From positions 1 through 64,000 of the IMG/VR virus record IMGVR_UViG_3300009149_000016: a stretch of DNA of 64,000 bases; one strand, written 5' to 3'. Source of the stretch: a virus. The position numbers and the translations under genes were made by a program. Positions within the stretch are counted from its first letter, which is position 1, and each line of letters starts with the position of its first letter. Below the pieces are notes generated by a model that had not been told where the DNA came from, ran no database searches, and saw only the letters and a program-made list of their open reading frames with translations. Shown here piece by piece: positions 61,395 through 64,000 of the stretch.

Positions 61395-64000
61395 TTAATT
61401 GTCGTCGAGCAAGCCTGGTACCCCGGTCCCCAGATTTTGCTCTCGAATGGATTGACCGAACACCTCTGCGTCGATCTTGAGGCCAATACCACGAAAGTCC
61501 GGCCCAATCAACGTGTTGCCAGCGATGTCGACCAGGTGCAGCACACTGACCGGGTTTGTCTCCGGGAACCGAGCCTTCATGGCTGCCAAGCACACGCTCT
61601 GAACCGAGACTTCGTCCAGCTTGTTGATCTTGAAGATCGCCACCTTGGGCGGCTCTTTGCGCTTGGGGAAGCTCGCCGATGGCTTCGGTGGCTCGGCTTG
61701 AGTCTCGCTGGCGCCGTGGTCGAACTTCAGGGTGAGCCAATCAGGGCTCTTGGCGTAGACCTTATCCCCCTGCCTGAAGTGGGAATCCTTGATCTCTTGC
61801 CCATCCTCATAGGCTTCGCCGTACTTCATCTGACGCCAGTCGTAAGTCGCTGCCCAGGACCGACCGAGAAGCGGTTCAACGATGAGCGGTACCTCCCACC
61901 CAACCATTCGACTGTACTCTTCCATGTAGAATTCGATGACTTCCATGATCTCTTGAGCCATGTCGTCCCGAATCTCAAACACGATTTCATCGTGGACGTT
62001 CAAGAGGATGCGTGCGCAGTCGAGACCGTTCTTGAGCCAGCCCCGCTTGTAGAATTCCCGGTGCAGCAAGATGAACGACACCTTGAGAACGTCGGCGCCC
62101 GTGTTCTTGTTGATCGCCCCCTCACACTCAAAGCGATGACCTTCATCCTGAACGGATAGAGTGAAGGTTGGACCCTCCTGAGAAAGGGTGCGGGTTTCCT
62201 TGACCCGTTGGTACCCATAGACCGGCTGGGTAATCGTCCAACCCATTGTGTCGAGCATGTGCTGAAAGGTGATGAGCGTCACGGTGCCACCCGACCGCAT
62301 GCGCAAGTAGAGATTGTAGAGAGACTCGTTGGGGAAAGCAGACCGCTTTTCCTCTGGGTAGACTTCAAGCAACTCATCGATCAGGAAAGAAGGCGCGTAC
62401 AGATCGACCATCTTCGGAAGCCGGGCCGATGTGTGCTCTACAGCAGACCGGAACATCCGCTGATTGATGTCCAAGCGGTAACTCACCTGTCCTTTGTAGG
62501 TGTATGGGCCATAAAGTGTGGAATCCACCCCTAATGTACGCAGCAAGAGCTTCACATCACGCAACAACTCTTTCTGGCAGAGGTGGATGCTGTAAGGGTC
62601 ACCATTCGTGGTGCGATGCCCATCTGAAGACATCAACCCCAACACAAACTGTTGTCGGTTGACCAACAACCCGGAGAAAATCCGAGACGAAAGTCGCTTG
62701 GTGTGAGCAGTAGCGGCGGGAATTCCCAACTCGTCAAGCCACCGAACCAAATCCACACTGTGAACACTCACGATGTATCGGGTGGAAACCTTTTCGTGTG
62801 GTTGGTGTGTGGCTTCACGAATGGTTGGGTTGAGCCCCCATCGCCGCCAGAAGCCCACACATTGATCCATTTTGGCCGTTTCATGAGCACCGAAGATGTA
62901 GTGGAGCCCATCGTCCCCCTTCCAACCATCCCCGAAGTAGTAACCCAACCAGAACCACAGGTCACCTTCATTGTCGGGAGGCATCACAGGCGTGTGCGTT
63001 GAGCGCTCGCCAGACACAAGAGGGGGGAGTGGAAGCTCAGGGAATGTGACTGGTTTGGGGATCGATGTTGCTACCATATCCCCAACACACAAATCCGAGA
63101 AATCTTTCCAGATATACCCGTGTTCCGAAAAGACAAGCACCTTGTGACGAGTATCGCAAGGGATGAGGGTTCCATCTGCAAGCTCGATCTCGGCGTATTG
63201 CCATGGGCCCATATCGCGAAGTTGGAAAGATGCCCAATTGGTCCCCGTCCAAACCCGGCAATCCTTCTGCCTGGAAAGCTCGGCAATCGTCAGGTATCCA
63301 TGATCTGTTAGGATGCGAGCCGAAGGCTGGAGACAACCTTGAATCGGATAGTTCGTCGAGTACCGCTCACATGCAGCCCGCAGCTTGTTGGCGTCCTCTT
63401 TGTTGAGGAAACGCCCCATGCTGTCCTTCGTGCCTTCTTTGCAAGCGGCATCCGGGATGGAGATCCAGCGGCCCGAAGCCGTTTTGACTCCGAGGTTGGT
63501 CTTGACGTAGGCGTGCTGCCCCTTGACCCATGTGGCGAACTTGCTGACTTTCTTGTCGAAGTTTTGCTTACGACGTCGGGCTTCCTGCTTGTTGCAACCC
63601 GTGGCCCGCATGATGGCTGCCGGCCCGCCACCGTAGACGAGCGCGAAGTTGGCAGCCTTGCCCATCTTGCGCTTGTCTGTGTCGTCCCTTGTGATGTGCG
63701 CCCCGAAGAACGCTTGAGCCGTGATTGTGTGAAGGTCACCCGTGCCGTGGATGAATTCCTTAAGCCAAACGGGTTCCTGACTCAAGTTGGTGACAATTCG
63801 AAGCTCTTGGCCTGCATAGTCGCTCTTGACTATCGTGTAGCCGGGCCGGGAGATGAACAGCCGACGCAGGCTGTGGGCGACCTTGGGACGCTTCGGGTCC
63901 TTGCGGGCAGGGATCCCGTGGATGGGAATGCTGGTACCCCCATGGTCAGACTTACCAGCGGGAGCCGAGAAACGCCCCGTCGTGGTCCCCGTCTGCTTGA
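61395..64000 (-). CDS. polA: Family A DNA polymerase (5' part outside the window), intein-containing
   Basis: TTTGRFS, DYAGQELR (A), RKMGKAANFALVYG (B), NYPIQG|TGAD, NVHDEIV (C). Confidence 0.95.
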   Translation of the reverse strand, partial: KQTGTTTGRFSAPAGKSDHGGTSIPIHGIPARKDPKRPKVAHSLRRLFISRPGYTIVKSDYAGQELRIVTNLSQEPVWLKEFIHGTGDLHTITAQAFFGAHITRDDTDKRKMGKAANFALVYGGGPAAIMRATGCNKQEARRRKQNFDKKVSKFATWVKGQHAYVKTNLGVKTASGRWISIPDAACKEGTKDSMGRFLNKEDANKLRAACERYSTNYPIQGCLQPSARILTDHGYLTIAELSRQKDCRVWTGTNWASFQLRDMGPWQYAEIELADGTLIPCDTRHKVLVFSEHGYIWKDFSDLCVGDMVATSIPKPVTFPELPLPPLVSGERSTHTPVMPPDNEGDLWFWLGYYFGDGWKGDDGLHYIFGAHETAKMDQCVGFWRRWGLNPTIREATHQPHEKVSTRYIVSVHSVDLVRWLDELGIPAATAHTKRLSSRIFSGLLVNRQQFVLGLMSSDGHRTTNGDPYSIHLCQKELLRDVKLLLRTLGVDSTLYGPYTYKGQVSYRLDINQRMFRSAVEHTSARLPKMVDLYAPSFLIDELLEVYPEEKRSAFPNESLYNLYLRMRSGGTVTLITFQHMLDTMGWTITQPVYGYQRVKETRTLSQEGPTFTLSVQDEGHRFECEGAINKNTGADVLKVSFILLHREFYKRGWLKNGLDCARILLNVHDEIVFEIRDDMAQEIMEVIEFYMEEYSRMVGWEVPLIVEPLLGRSWAATYDWRQMKYGEAYEDGQEIKDSHFRQGDKVYAKSPDWLTLKFDHGASETQAEPPKPSASFPKRKEPPKVAIFKINKLDEVSVQSVCLAAMKARFPETNPVSVLHLVDIAGNTLIGPDFRGIGLKIDAEVFGQSIREQNLGTGVPGLLDDN
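62103..63335 (-). mobile_element. Intein (411 aa) with LAGLIDADG homing endonuclease
   Basis: Starts CLQPS after NYPIQG; CDTRHK block B; LGYYFGDG and LGLMSSDG; ends GAINKN|T. Confidence 0.92.

Noticed and set aside
1-64000. Genome-wide TAG recoding (suggested by the in-frame TAG at 33745)
   Set aside because: Many genes end cleanly at TAG next to neighbouring genes, and core genes are not fragmented.
1-64000. CRISPR array, rRNA, IS/transposase, integrase
   Set aside because: No regularly spaced repeats or recognisable signatures seen.

Overview
The window is a gene-dense, ~60% GC segment of a large (jumbo-type) dsDNA bacteriophage genome, and the host cannot be determined from it. Recognisable genes are: an intein-containing family A DNA polymerase (partial), ThyA, DHFR, dNMP kinase, 5'(3')-nucleotidase, RNase HII, a Dam-like MTase, topoisomerase IB, an Rnl2 RNA ligase, a CCA-adding enzyme, 2H and DHH phosphoesterases, ClpX, a nitrilase-family hydrolase, a DUF2997/DUF1257/AAA module, HNH nucleases and several peptidoglycan enzymes. 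About 70 small hypothetical genes lie among them. I found no intact tRNA, rRNA or CRISPR array. The strongest unexplained signal is two mutually exclusive short peptide tags shared by unrelated proteins. Tag A, T-x-[WYF]-[DE]-[RHL]-[LIM] often followed by an acidic tail, occurs in about 15-18 proteins, mostly at the C-terminus. Tag B, [MLV]-[AV]-x-R-[VI]-[AV]-x-R-[YFWH], occurs in 9 ORFs, including effector-like enzymes. Two phage-specific promoter-like motifs also recur: GGTGTA-N9-11-ATG (~24 copies) and GGTKGATY-N15-CCTTA-N8-A (9 copies). Together these suggest an undescribed phage protein-addressing system tied to transcriptional classes. All family assignments come from recognising motifs by eye; no database search was run.
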